A stretch of 64,000 nucleotides of DNA from NCBI GenBank assembly GCA_965217185.1, contig OZ244252.1:1-64000 (forward strand), given 5' to 3'. Below are positions 63,242 through 64,000 of this stretch, one piece after another. The notes below the pieces were generated by a model that was given only the letters and a program-made list of their open reading frames with translations, made no database searches and was not told the DNA's origin. The translations under genes and the position numbers were made by a program. This stretch comes from an uncultured Candidatus Entotheonella sp. Lineage in GTDB: Bacteria > Tectomicrobia > Entotheonellia > Entotheonellales > Entotheonellaceae. Position 1 is the first letter of the stretch. Each line of letters opens with the position of its first letter.

Positions 63242-63504
63242 CACCGTCAGCGACGGAGAAGGTGGCATGGATACCGCTACCGTGATGGTGGACGTTATGG
63301 CGGCCGATGGCGACGGCGACGGGGATGGAGATGGCGACACCAGTGGTGATGGTGGCGGTGGGGGTTGTACGTTGAACCCCGGCGCGCGTTTTGACCCGAC
63401 TCTGATCTCGGTCCTGGCCCTCTTCATGGGTATCCATTTTGTCCGGCGATTCACTCGGAGGCAGTCACTGCGTTAACGCTGGGCATCATGTTTCAGTGAG
63501 GTTG

Positions 63505-63543
63505 CAAGCGCTCTTCCGTTATCGGAAGGGCGCTTGTTTTTTT
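63505..63543 (+). terminator. Rho-independent terminator
   Basis: 14-bp stem CAAGCGCTCTTCCG/CGGAAGGGCGCTTG followed by a T7 run. Confidence 0.9.
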
Positions 63544-63598
63544 GATCTGCGCCGAACCGTTCCTTGCCGAGGTCCAGCATACCCAGCACCAACTACCC

Positions 63599-63651
63599 CG
63601 GAATGTCCTCGACCCGTGATACAATGCCTCGAACTTCCACTTTCCTGGAGG
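63599..63651 (+). promoter_or_regulatory. Conserved leader with extended -10 and RBS, shared with 22282-22333
   Basis: TG-A-TACAAT (63617-63625) vs TG-A-TACTAT (22300-22308); both end in CCTGGAGG. Confidence 0.65.
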
Positions 63652-63655
63652 AGTC

Positions 63656-64000
63656 ATGCGGAAGATATGGGACTGGATTAAAGAAAACGCCGGGGTCATC
63701 GCGGCCATCGGCGGCATTCTTCTCGGCCTCACCGGAATCATCCAATTTGGCGTCCTCAATCCCATTCACCAAGCCTTCGATGCCATCAACCAACGCTTCG
63801 ACGCCGTGGACCAGCGGTTCGACGCCGTGGACCAGCGTTTTGACGCTCAGGACAAGCGTCTCGACGATCTCAAGGTCGAAATGAACCAGCGCTTTGATGC
63901 CCAGGACAAACACGTCAACCAGCGCTTCGACGCCCAGGACAAGTACATCCATCAACGCTTCGACGCCGTGGACCAGCGCCTCGAACGCCTGGAAAGCGAC
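63656..64000 (+). CDS. Membrane-anchored coiled-coil QRFDA-repeat protein, copy 2 (runs off the right edge)
   Basis: MRKIWDWIKENAGVIAAIGGILLGLTGIIQFGVLNPIHQAFDAINQRFDAVDQRFDA...; paralog of 22343-22738. Confidence 0.85.
   Translation, partial: MRKIWDWIKENAGVIAAIGGILLGLTGIIQFGVLNPIHQAFDAINQRFDAVDQRFDAVDQRFDAQDKRLDDLKVEMNQRFDAQDKHVNQRFDAQDKYIHQRFDAVDQRLERLESD

Larger units (their letters stand above)
61399..63476 (+). pseudogene. 3' part of an Ig-like/cadherin-like tandem-repeat surface protein with JDVT-CTERM-like tail; 5' cut by IS66 and interrupted by a second IS
   Basis: TYTPNAGF.G.DQFMYTVSDG and N.AP.A.DD...IDVL.ND.D.D repeats; tail GGGGGCTLNPGARFDPTL-hydrophobic-RR. Confidence 0.88.

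Noticed and set aside
63304..63365. GGCGAC/GGTGAT microrepeats
   Set aside because: Explained as the Gly/Asp linker of the surface protein

Overview
GC-rich chromosomal window from a diderm bacterium. The gene order and content suggest a Nitrospinae/Tectomicrobia-like or deltaproteobacterial-like lineage, but this is inference only. Bases 1-22 kb are a housekeeping envelope super-operon: fabF, rnc, ftsY, frameshifted prfB, lolE/C, lolD, clpC, bamA, skp, lpxD, fabZ, lpxA, gnnA-like, lpxI, lpxB, DUF374, waaA, [oxidoreductase, protoglobin], lpxK, lpxL. Bases 22-31 kb are a patchwork LPS/glycosyltransferase region. It includes a TIR-bounded cassette carrying a modular coiled-coil repeat gene, and a frameshifted Rpn gene whose internal small product looks intact. 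A divergent two-subunit biotin-dependent carboxylase (31-43 kb) is split by a decayed peptide-ABC operon, an IS607 element with an atypical TnpB, and a decayed large-partner/PIN pair. Next come CNNM/CorC, mgtE, a macrodomain gene, ileS with non-canonical GVHH/AMHKS motifs, a SorT/SorU-like sulfite oxidase pair, menA/menB/menG and thiI. The window ends in an IS-shattered surface-protein region (single-ORF IS66, IS1182/IS5-like element, Ig-repeat/JDVT-CTERM protein) and a second copy of the coiled-coil repeat gene. A GTAG-type REP family is dispersed across the window. No CRISPR array, rRNA or tRNA was seen.
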